From Octopus sinensis (lineage: Eukaryota), in assembly GCF_006345805.1 (NCBI RefSeq), contig NC_043006.1:67766001-67830000 (forward strand): a DNA stretch of 64,000 nucleotides, read 5' to 3'. The notes beneath the pieces are model-generated. The model did not search any database, was not told the origin of the DNA, and saw nothing but the letters and a program-made list of their open reading frames with translations. Position numbers and translations under genes: made by a program. This document shows, one piece after another, positions 1 to 10,875 of the stretch (its first letter is position 1; the number at the start of each line of letters is the position of its first letter).

Positions 1-167
1 ATGTGCATTCTGTCAGGCAGCAAAAAGCTCTGTATAATCCTTTGTCACCTATAAGATCGCACACTGCAAGAAACTCTGAGTAGTACCAGTGAATCATTAG
101 CTTCTGAAGAACATATTGGTGTGCATTTTTTTATTTATTAAAAGCCAGATATTATCTATTCATATTA

Positions 168-204
168 TAACTTGAAGTTTTGCCTACACAAGGCTCATCA
201 GGTA
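168..204 (-). ncRNA. Degenerate hammerhead-ribozyme-like motif
   Basis: The minus strand reads CTGATGA-GCCT-tgtgt-AGGC-AAAAC: intact first box and a perfect 4-bp stem II. GAAA is mutated to AAAA, consistent with CpG decay. Confidence 0.45.
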
Positions 205-419
205 AATTTTGTACCGTTGTATATTATATTCTGATAAAATTACTTTTTTAGTTGAGTTGAGTTGAGTTTTTTTTTTTTTTATGGTTGCTGTTAATCAGGA
301 ATCATGGATGGGTGCATATGTTTGATGTGTAATTAATATGTTAATCTAAGAAAGAATGTCATTGTAATTTTATACAAAGAAACCTTTTTAGAAAGGAAGG
401 AAATTGAACATATTTTATA

Positions 420-908
420 CAGTAATCACTCACCATATTGTGGTTCACCAATCACGCCCCCAGTACATTGCAGATTTTTCTGGCTAACATATGTAAATTT
501 ATATTGCGGACTCCTCAGAATATTGTGGGTTTCTACAACCGATAGATATTTATATTACTTTAGATTTTAGCTATTTCTATGATAAAATAAGCATTTTCAC
601 ACCTAAAAATTAATAAATAGAAATACAATACAGTACTGCACTGTGTAACACATTAATTAAAATATATTAAGAGAAAATACGTAGTGTACAAGAGATGAGT
701 AAACAAAGAATCCCGCACACTGTGTGGCAAATGAAATTTAGGAGGCAAGTATGTGGTATTGTTTTACATTTATAATAAAATAAATATATACAAATTATAA
801 AAATTATTTTTTAAAAATATACAATACAGTACTGTTTCTACTTTGTGGATTTTCACCTATGGCAGAGGATTTTGGAACGTAACACCTGCGATAGTCAAGG
901 GAATACTG
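420..908. mobile_element. Tc1/mariner (pogo/Tigger-like) non-autonomous element
   Basis: Ends CAGTAATCAC... and ...GGGAATACTG form imperfect TIRs, with TA on both flanks (418-419, 909-910). Confidence 0.6.
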
Positions 909-1189
909 TATTTCTGAATTGAAGACAGAAGATCACTGTTAAAGGGAGTTGACTCTAACTTCATTATGATCTAAATCATCATCATCATCATCATTTAATG
1001 TCTGCTTCCCATGCTGGCATGGATTGGACTGTTTGACAGAGGGCTGGCAAGCTAGAAGGCTGCACCAGGCTCCAGCCTGAAGTTAAATAACCCAAATTTT
1101 AAATAAAAATTTAAATATGTATTATATTTTGGGAACCATGAGTGAGACGTCATTATATTTAAGTGTTTATGTGGGCAAAAAAAACAAAA

Positions 1190-1740
1190 AAGTCACCCTT
1201 TTCAAGCCTAGCCAGACTCATGGGCCTGGTTTCCTGGTTTCTGTAGCATATGTGTTCCTCCCAGCTGGACGGGACGCCAGGCCATCACAGCGTTACTCAA
1301 GAAACAAGAAGAGAGAGTGAGAGGAAGTTGTGGCGAAAGAGTACAACAAGAGTCGCCACCACCCCCTGCCAGAGCCTCGAGGAGCTTTTAGGTGTTTTCG
1401 CTCAATAAACACACACGCCTTGTCTGGGAATCGAAACCACGATCCTCCGACTGGGAATCCGCTGCCCTAACCGCTGGGCCATTGCGCCTCCACTGCGCCC
1501 TTTTAAAGCCTAGCCGGGCTCATTGGCCCAGTTTCCCGGTTTCTATGGTGTATGTGTTCCCCAGCTGGACTGGATGCCAGTCCATCGCAGTGTTACTCAT
1601 TTTTGCCAGCTGAGTGGACTGGAGCAATGTGAAATGAAGTGTTTTGCTCAAGAACACAACGCGTTGCCCGGTCCAGGAATCGAAACTACAATCTTACGAT
1701 CATGATGCTGACACCCTAACCACTAACCCACGCACCTCCA
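1190..1740 (-). mobile_element. Two adjacent tRNA-derived SINE copies
   Basis: Reverse-complement tRNA A/B boxes (ctaaccac...ggaatcgaaac) and a CORE-like gtgttttgctcaagaacac segment. Related copies at 15532-15812, 41595-41995 and 62215-62325. Confidence 0.7.
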
Positions 1741-2299
1741 TAGTTGGCATTGTTTAGACATAGTAAAATGTTTCTGTTTTTTATACATGCCAGAAATAAC
1801 ATTGATTTTAAAACATAAGACATCATAGTTGAACATCTGTTTCCCATGCTGGCATAGGCTGAATGGTTCGACAGGAGCTGATGAACCTGAGGACTATGCT
1901 AACCTCCAATATCTTCTTTGGTACGGTTTCGATGGCTGGATGCCCTTCCCAACACCAAATGAATAATCATTATTAGTTAATTTCTTCCTGCCCACACAAG
2001 TAAAAATACCTTCTTAGATATCATAATGACACTCTATCAATGAAATCTTGACATATCAATGATATATATTTTTCTTGATTTTTTTAAAATTTGTTTTTTA
2101 ATGTCTTATAAATTACAATAAAATTAGCAGCCTCCTCCTTTAATAATAACTCTTCTTGCCTTCATATGATAATAGCATATATGAAATATAAACACTACTT
2201 TGTGTGGCCTGCCACAGTATTCATAGTCTATGCTGTGGAATTACCTGATTTTTAAACTGTAATATGTACAAAATACATATGATTTCTGTCATACACTGC

Positions 2300-2675
2300 A
2301 CATAAAAAGCACCATCCGAACGTGGCCGATGCCAGCGCCGCCTCAACTGGCTTCTGTGCCGATGGCACGTAAAAAGCACCATCCGAACGTGGCCGATGCC
2401 AGCGCCACCTTGACTGGCTTCCATGCTGGTGGCACGTTAAAAGCACCAACCAATCGTGGCTGCCGCCAGACTCCCCCGGCACCTGTGCCGGTGGTACGTA
2501 AAAAGCACCCACTACACTCACGGAGTGGTTGGCGTTAGGTAGGGCATCCAGCTGTAGAAATACTGCCAGATCAGACTGGAGCCTGGTGCAGCCTCCTGGC
2601 TTTCCGAACCCCAGTCGAAACGTCCAACCCATGCTAGTGCGGAAAACGGACATTAAACGATGATGATGATGATGA
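2300..2675 (+). mobile_element. SINE/non-autonomous retroposon with RTE-type 3' tail ending (GAT)n
   Basis: Contains ...ggttggcgttagg..gggcatccagctgtagaaa...aacccatgctag..ggaaaacggacattaaacgatgatgat. Further copies at 10870-11015, 13930-14213, 28800-28990, 37240-37402, 61800-62027 and 63760-64000 (-). Confidence 0.75.
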
Positions 2676-3371
2676 TTGGTTTCTTTAGACAAGGCCACTT
2701 CTAAATTCTTTTTTAAAGATTTACATGTTAATTACCATTAGAACAGTTAAGCAGATGCACACAGTCGTATTTAATTCATGACTACAGACATTCTTGTAAC
2801 ATAGGAGTGAAAGACAAAGAAAAAGACCTTGTAATGATAATAATAATGCTAAAATAAAAAATTATACATCCTGAGCAGTTCTCTCCCCTTAAAGGGAAAC
2901 TTCAACCACCCTTCTATTTCTTAGTAAACTCTCTTACTACAAAAGCAACTGTAGGTGGCAGCACCAACAGTCGCCAGTCAAATTTCCCACAATTTTTTCC
3001 TTCTTTTTTTATAAATTATATCATTAAAAATGTTTAATCACAGAAACTTAAAAATTTGCACCAAATTGCCTGATGAGCTGTGTATTGACATCATTTTAAA
3101 TTGTAATGGACACATGTAATAATAATCAGCCTCCAGTAAAAATGTATAATACTCTGCAAAGCAGGAAGCATCTAGCTCTCTTTTGTTTTATGATTTCTTT
3201 AAATTTGTGTGGAGGTGCAAATTGTGTGTGTATGTGTGTGTGCACGTGTGCCTATATGTGTAAGTGGGTGCATGTATGTAATCATGCATTTCTATGAGAA
3301 TCAACTCTCCGTGATGATGTACTTAACAAAACATAACTGTAATTAATTTTTAATATCTTCTGCAAGTAAAA

Positions 3372-3590
3372 TGGCAAGCTGGCAGAATCATTAGCATGCC
3401 AGGCAAAACCGTTTGAGGTATTTCATCTGTCTTCACATTCTGAGTTCAGATTCCACCAAGGTCTGCTTCACCTTTCATCCTTTCGGAGTCAATAAAATAA
3501 GTACCGGTTGGACACTGGGGTCAATGTTATCAACATACCTCCCCCCATAAAAAAATTGTTGGGCTTGGGCCAAAATTTGAAATCAGTATT
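3372..3590 (+). mobile_element. SINE with Meta-domain-like core
   Basis: Contains ggcaagctggcagaatc...ctgagttca..ttcc...cctttcatcctttcgg.gtc.ataaaataagtacc. More than 10 related copies in the window (13245-13820, 20540-20990, 35425-35570, 43660-43845, 44857-45025, 55275-55465, 56850-57260, 58885-59055). Confidence 0.7.
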
Positions 3591-4074
3591 TTCTGTGAGA
3601 TTTTTTTTTTACTTTATTTATTTTTTTACAAGGTTCCAGATTATTTTTCATGGATCAATATTACACCAACATATCCAGTATATTTCACTGGTTAATGAAA
3701 CTGTAACCATTTGAAGTGTTCGTTAGATACAGACATGGCTGTGTAATTAAAGTTTACTTTAACATTGCATGGCTCTAGGTTGTCTGACTGTGCTGCATCT
3801 TGGGCAAATATTTTCTATCCCAACCACAAGTCAACCAGATATAGACTGTACTGGTTTTGAAAAGGAAACCTTTAAATCCATTGCCCCTATTAACACTAGC
3901 ACTTTGCCCCTGGCTACATTCAGATGAGTTTAACCTATGGTAGCTACACCAGTTGCATCTCCAGTCAATAGTTTGTGTATGTTAGAGAGAGGTGGGAACC
4001 AACTATAAAGGTATGTGTGTGTTTGTTGACATGTTAGCTATAAAGGTATGCGTGTGTTGACATGCTAGCTGTAA

Positions 4075-4405
4075 AGGCGCATGGCTCAGGGGTTAGTGTT
4101 GAGCTTATGATCATGAGGTTGTGAGTTCGATTCTCGGACCGGGCTGCATGTTGTGTTCTTGAGCAAGACACTTTATTTCACATTGCTCCAGTTAACTCAG
4201 CTGTAGAAATGAGTTGCGACATCACTGGTGCCAAGCTGTATCGGCCTTTGTCTTTCCCTTGGATAACACTGGTGGCATAGAGAGAGGAGGCCGGTATGCA
4301 TAGGCAACTGCTGGTCTTCCATAAAACAACCTTGCTCGAACTTGTGCCTCGGAGGGTTACTTTCTAGGTGCAATCTCATGGTTATTCATAACCAAAGAGG
4401 TCTCC
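4075..4405 (+). mobile_element. tRNA-derived CORE-like SINE
   Basis: A box (tggctcagggg), B box (gagttcgattc) and ttgtgttcttgagcaagacacttta core. Second copy at 5470-5800. Confidence 0.75.
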
Positions 4406-5116
4406 TAGCTATAAAAGTGTTTGTGTGTGAGATGCTAAAATATGGAGTGACAGTACTAAGTGCACATATGTAATGCATGTGTAACATGTCATGTATACAT
4501 TTGTATCAATGTGTATGCTATACAATTTGTGTATGTATGATATGCTAGCAAAAGGGGGAGGAATGATAGAGACATGATGAACATCTACAAATTGGAGACA
4601 TTCTCTCAACTGTGGGGGTGTACATGTTGTGACAGTTATTCCAGTGATAGAGCTGTGTATCCTTACCAGTGACAGTTTTCACTATAAGCCTTAACTCATT
4701 GTCTAAATATTATTGTGTAGGAGTGCTAAAGAATGTGCCACATAAAAAGCACAGGTGCTTGTACATGGCACCAGCACAGGTGCTTTTTATGTGCTATGAT
4801 TGGTATGTAGTTTGACACCTCTTGTAAGTGTTTGCTCCAAAGTTTCTTCAAAGCCATTTACCCACAAGAATGATGATATTGGTATAGCTTTCTCCCTTGC
4901 ACTTCCATGCCAGCTGTAACAGAACCAGCTTCTCATATAAAGGTAGGCGATCAATACTTTGAAAGCGAACCATGTGTCTAAAGATATTGGACATCACCAT
5001 ATTATAATGGTCAAGTGGGGCAAGTTTCAGTCCATTGGCTAAAGTGTGCTCAATTTCTGTTCTATCACTAGGGTGGGAAAGTGTTGTAGGCAAGACTCTG
5101 GATACTTATCTAACAG

Positions 5117-5460
5117 CAAATATGGTGAAAATAGTGTGTTATTGTGTTTAGTAGTAATACATAATGGTAGTCAGTGTAGAGACCTATATGTAGTGTGTGT
5201 ATGGTAGTGAAACATGGACATTGTGTATAGAGGAAATATATGTAGTGAGTGTAAGATGTGTGTCGGTGTATGGTAGTGAAACGTGGACAGTGACTGCAGG
5301 GGACTATATGTAGTGTGTGTGTATGTGAGAGGCTATGTTTGCAAATTATGGACAGTATTTATAGAGGGCCATATGTGGTGTTTGTAAGATGTATGACAGT
5401 GTGTAAAATGTAAGGTAGCAAAGGATGGGCAGTGTTTATAGAAGATTATACATAGTGTAT
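5117..5460 (+). repeat. Degenerate ~60-70 bp tandem repeat containing the RTE-LINE YGSETW codons
   Basis: Recurring tatggtagtgaaac(a/g)tggaca...gga ctatatgt units. Relatives at 5820-5930, 31880-32060 and 38418-38478 (-). Confidence 0.55.
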
Positions 5461-7189
5461 AATCCTTGTGAAGATGCATGGCTGAATGGCTAGTATGTGA
5501 GGTTCATAATCACAAGGTAGCAAGTTTGATTCCCAGACTCGACCATGTGTTGTATTCTTGAGCAAGACCCTTTATTTCACACTGTTCCAGTTAACTCAGC
5601 TGTAGAAATGAGTTGTGACGTCTCTGGTGCCAAGCTGTATCAGCCTTTGCCTTTCCCTTGGATAACATTGATGGCATGGAGAAGAGAGACTGGTATGCGT
5701 GGGCGACAGCTGGCCTTCCATAAAACAACCTTGCCCAGATTTGTACCTCGGAGGGGAACTTTCTAGGTGCTATCCCATGGTCATTCATTACTAAAGGGGT
5801 CCTTTTTTTACTTTTAATTTACACATGGTGTTAAGATGTGCAATGGTGTATGATAGTGAATTATGGGCCATGTATATAGAGGACTAATGTGGTGTGTGTA
5901 AGATTCGTAATGGTGTGTAGTAGTGAAAATGATTTCATGTCCATTGTCCATGCTGGCATGGGTTGTTGAGTTTCATCAAGATCTAAGCAAGTTCTTTCTT
6001 TCTAACTAGTGTTACATCCCTCCTAGATAAGTTGGAATACCCTATTTTGCTTGAATGCCTCTGTTTTAGTTGGTTTATGATTTCTATGCCTGGATGTCCT
6101 TCCTAACACCAACAGTGTATTTTTTATTGTGGAACCAGCACCAAAGAGTTGCTGTACCCCCAACTAGGCCAGATGTATTTATGTTGTATGATATTTGATA
6201 TACCTGTATTTGTTTGTTCAAATATACACCACAAGTTGCTTTGAATTGTTTCTCTTAGCTCAATTTGTTTGAATTATGCAAACTGCCTTAGCCAGGAATG
6301 TGTTGTTCTCGTTTTGGTAAAAGTTTAAGTCTCTTGACTACTGCAAATAAAGTCGCACAATTATCTTGACAATGATGGCTATTGAGTCAGAAACACATAT
6401 CCATGGCTGTCTTCTTATCTCCAGACAATAAGCCTGACCTCTTTCCCTAGTGGCATGTCAACATTGGAGACTTTTTGAATCCTGGGATTATTTTCCCGTC
6501 TCAAATAGAGTTGGTCTTAATTGCCGTTTTGTAATTATGATACATCCTCAGGCGATCAAGATAACTTCAATGTATTAGGAATTTATGTTGTATGGTATTT
6601 GACATATCTGTATTTGTCTATATTGTTCAAATACATGCTACTGGCCACGCTTCTCTTTGCTCGTTTTCGTTTAAATTTTATTCGTATATACATGCAGTCA
6701 CCCAATCTCCATATGTGCTTTGACATAGTACTTATCTTCAGGCGAATTTGTGAATCTTCATACAAAGATATATGCATTAATACTAAAAGGTATATCTATC
6801 TCTCTATCTTATATAAGCACACATAAACATGTGTTAACTTGTACATTCATATGAGTGTTAAACATCTCTCTTACACACACAGAAGCAAGCATATGGATGG
6901 AGGGATCTATGTATATATATTTTATGTGTTTTTCTGTCAATGCCATTATCTATATTTACCATATATATATATGTTTATTATTTTTAATGTATATATTGCT
7001 TTTTAGCTGTGTATGTCTGGATATTTATATTTTCTTTCTTATGCTCGTGTGTGTGTGTCTATTCACATTTATTCTTACTTAGGTGTGTGTATGAGTATAT
7101 TTTTTTTTTTTGCATGTGTGTATATGTTTTAGCTTGTTGTTGTAGTTGTATTTATATCAATATTTCCAACATGTGCTTTGATGTGTGTG

Positions 7190-7230
<41 letters not shown>

Positions 7231-7487
7231 GAAGGTCACAATACATGTATTAAAGTGCTATTAATAGTTTCATATGCTGAGAAAACTCAAACATGTTCTT
7301 CTGGCGCAGACCACATATCATAACAAACTAAAGAAATTGAATAATAGAAGAAACACGTAAAAATTATTCAATTTATTCAATTTCTCTAGTTCGTTATGAT
7401 ATGTGGATTACATCTGAACAATGTGTTTGAGTATTTCTCAACATAGGAAACTATTAGTAGCGCTTTAATACATGTATTGCGACCTTT
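7231..7487. repeat. Foldback (inverted repeat) element
   Basis: aaggtcacaatacatgtattaaagtgcta... pairs with ...tagcgctttaatacatgtattgcgacctt. The arms continue inward to ~7345/7373. Confidence 0.8.
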
Positions 7488-7577
7488 AAATAAATAATGT
7501 TTATCTCTCACCAGATGGAGTACTTTTTTTGTTGAATTTTCTATTGTGGATCAGTACATTTTATATACATGTGTGTG

Positions 7578-8708
7578 TGTTAAACAAAATGAGACAGTAA
7601 AGCCAAGGCTGTGTGGAATTTTCAGGACATTTATAAAGAGAAAGTTAGTCTTATAGCTGTTCATGAGATATTAGGGATATCTCTTCATTAGAGGCAATGT
7701 GAGATAGAGGGAATTATTAGAGTTCGATATGAGGAGTTATTTTGGAAAAGGAAGGAAATTTAGGCGCAGGAGTAGCTGTGTGGTAAGTAGCTTGTTTACC
7801 AACCACATGGTTCCGGGTTCAGTCCCACTGCGTGGTACCTTGGGCAAGTGTCTTCTACTATAGCCTCGGGCCGACCAAAGCCTTGTGAGTGAATTTGGTA
7901 GACGGAAACTGAAAGAAGCCCGTCGTATATATATGTATATGTGTGTGTGGGTTTGTGTGTCTGTGTTTGTCCCCCTAGCATTGCTTGACAACCGATGCGA
8001 GTGTGTTTATGTCCCCGTTACTTAGCGGTTCGGCAAAAGAGACAGATAGAATAAGTACTGGGCTTACAAAGAATAATTCCCGGGGTTGAGTTGCTCAACT
8101 AAAGGCGGTGCTCCAGCATGGCCGCAGTCAAATGACTGAAACAAGTAAAAGAGTAAAGAGTGAGAGTAAGAAGTGCATAGGGAAATAGGAGAATGAATGT
8201 AGAAATAAAAAGTAAAGTGGTGTGTAGAATGGGTATAAATGCTTCTTGTCCGTGGTATATAAATTCCAGTGGGAGTTCATATTTTGTTATCACAAATGGA
8301 AAATGTGGACCCCTTTGAATGAACAGCACATGGAATCTATGTCTCCACACTTTCCATTTGTGATGACAAAATATGAACTCCCATTGGAATTTACATACCA
8401 TGGATAGGAAGCATTTCTTCCACCTCTACCAACTGCTTTCCTTGGATAATGGAACTGCAACAATAACATCTTTATACATTTTTATTTCTACATTCATTCT
8501 CCTATTTCCCTTTCTACTTCTTATTTCCATCCTTTCCTAAAACCACTCCTTATATTGAACTCTAATATTTCCCTCTATTTAACCATCGCACATCGTCTGT
8601 GATGAAGGGATATCTCTAATATCCCAGAAACAGATCTAAGACTAACTTCTGCTTTATAAATGTCCTATAAATTCCACACAGCCTTGATTTTGTTGTTTCA
8701 TTTTAACA
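7578..8708. mobile_element. Large foldback element with decayed hammerhead motifs, interrupted by a SINE
   Basis: The left arm (7578-7760 plus 8165-8225) is the reverse complement of 8465-8708, with an inner hairpin at 8261-8392. Hammerhead-like motifs at 8595-8642 (+) and 7648-7695 (-). Confidence 0.7.
7762..8165 (+). mobile_element. tRNA-derived SINE, full length
   Basis: Reads ggcgcaggagtagctgtgtggtaag...gggttcagtccc...accttgggcaagtg... with a (gagtaaaa)-type tail. Copies at 11870-12308, 14766-15108, 46775-47110 and 62730-63085 (-). Confidence 0.8.
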
Positions 8709-9409
8709 TATACATGCTCATACAAGACCCACATTAGACTCCTCACTTGTATTATTATTGAACCGAAAGTTTAACTATGGTCTTTCTATAGCACTTACAT
8801 ACCCTTACCTGCCACCTTGGGTCTTCTGGATACCAATACCTCTCGTGTGTATATATATATATGCACACGTATATACACAAACACGTGTATATGTATACTG
8901 ATGTTTGTGTTGAATCTTTATATTTGCATGTACTTTTGTATGTGTGAACGCATGATGCACTTGCATGTGTGCATGTATAATGGTATCCTTGGAAGTGTGA
9001 ATGCGTATATACACATTAGTATACATACACATGTTATTCGACACACGTTTCTCTCTGTATTTAACAAGCACTGATTGAATCTATGCACATGTGTGTTGCT
9101 GTAGAATACATATGTGCAAGTATGGTTGAGTTGTTGAGAAATGAGTTCCACAGCCACATGGTCCCTGGTTTGATCTCACTGTGTCGCATCTTGGACAACT
9201 GTCTTTTATCATTGCCTGACATTGACCACTACATTGTCACTAGGATTTTAGAGACCGAAACTGGATGGAGGCTCGTGTATGTATGTATGTGTGTTTGCCT
9301 TGAGATTTATCTGAGTTCTTCTTCATGGAGCTCAAGCCAATCCCTAGCAAAGTGACTGGACATTTTTGAGTTGAGATATTTCCTGGCATTTGTAAAAATG
9401 TGGCTGGGT

Positions 9410-9411
9410 TA

Positions 9412-9444
<33 letters not shown>

Positions 9445-9780
9445 TACTTCTGGAGGAACAGGATTCTTTAGTACTTTGGTGTTGTGTGTGTTTGTTTGTG
9501 TGTTTGTGTGTGTGTGTGTTGTGTATGTATGTGTTGTGTATGAATGTGTTGTGTATGTATGTATGTATGTATGTTGTGTATGTGTGTGTGTTTGTTGTGT
9601 GTATGTGTTTGCTGTGTGTGTATGTGTTGTGTGTGTCATGTGCATGTGTGTGTTCTGTGTGTGTGTGTATGTGTTGTGTGTATCTTTGTGTTTATGTGTG
9701 TGTTTTGTATGTATAGATGCATGTATGTATGTATTGTGTATATATGTTTAGGTGTATGCACCTGTGCTTGTGTTCTGTGC
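9410..9780. repeat. Degenerate (TG)n/(TGTA)n microsatellite field
   Basis: Direct reading. It is the source of the C/V/H/T-rich ORFs. Confidence 0.9.
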
Positions 9781-10059
9781 AAATATGGCTCTGTAGTACT
9801 TATGCGTTGTGCATATGTATATATATGTGTGTCATTACTTTCCACATGTGTCTTTGTAGTTGTATACAACCGAGTGTGTGCCCATATTCATTTCAAGAAT
9901 CTCAGATGGAGTGCGTTTTGGAATGTTTTACATATTTTTACTGTACTGCTAATGGACTGGATTTGAAAGACGTACATTACTTTCCTTTTCACTTTGAAAA
10001 TCCTAGCAGTCTGTGTTTTTGTTTGTTTGTAAGGATTGACAGACAGAGAGAGAACAAAA

Positions 10060-10380
10060 CCAGCATCCTTCACTGGATGTGTAATGTTTGGTGTGCATGG
10101 ACAACATGGTAGAGATTAACTGATAGATAAACTGTGTATGAGAGGAACTGGATATGGTGTGTTTGATTGATCTGATATGGACATGTATGATGGATAATAA
10201 TAGATGGGTAAAAAGAAGCTATGGCAAAGGAAGACATGGGCAGAATTGTAGAAGCTGATCTCAGAATGTTGAACTTTGCCAAGGAGATGACAAAGGAATG
10301 TAATAAATGGCAAGACACTGTGTTAGAAAAGACCTTTCTGACCCATGCATGCGTGGAAAAGCAGAGATAAAAACAATGAG
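10060..10380 (+). mobile_element. RTE-clade LINE 3' end fragment
   Basis: Decayed codons of the RTE C-terminus (..RKTWAEL VEADLRMLN..KEMT..) followed by acccatgc..ggaaaa, the same tail as the (GAT)n SINE family. Confidence 0.55.
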
Positions 10381-10439
10381 GCGGATTATATATATATATG
10401 TAAGGTTTCCAACCATGTTGCGACTATTTTGTTTTATTA

Positions 10440-10875
10440 CAAGATGGTGCCATGTAAAAAAGAAAGCACTAGTGATGGTGCCACGTAAAAAGCACTAGTG
10501 CTGGTGCCGTGTAAAAAAAAAAAGCACCAGTAGTGATATCACGTAAAAGGCACCGATGGTGGAACCACGTAAAAGGTGCCGATGGCGGATCCATGTAAAA
10601 GGTGCCGGTGGTGTAGCCACGTAAAATGCGCCAGTGGTGGATCCATGTAAAAGGTACCGGTGGTGGTTCCATGTAAAAGGTGCCAGAGGTGGGGGCCATG
10701 TGAAAGGCACCGGTGGTAGGGCCATATAAAAGGTGTCAGTGGTAGGGCCATATAAAAGGCGTCAGTGGTAGGGCCATATAAAAGGCGTTGGTGGTGGGGC
10801 CATGTAAAAGGCACCGGTGGTGGAGCCACGTAAAAGATGCCAGTGGTGGAGCCACGTAGAAGACGCCGGTGGTGA
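10440..10875 (+). repeat. ~22-bp minisatellite (ggtggtggagccacgtaaaaggcacc-like) leading into a (GAT)n-tailed SINE
   Basis: Many tandem units read directly. The unit resembles the internal ggtggcacgtaaaaagcacc motif of the SINE at 2300-2675. Confidence 0.85.

Noticed and set aside
3066-3095. CTGATGAG hammerhead box (similar isolated boxes at 37970 and 40980)
   Set aside because: No stem II or GAAA partner follows.
4848-5093. 81-aa minus-strand ORF with a faint retroelement flavour
   Set aside because: No motif I can assign confidently; a database search is needed.
9409-9966. Cys/Val- and His/Thr-rich ORFs (also 39442-40004)
   Set aside because: These are (TG)n/(CA)n microsatellite translations.
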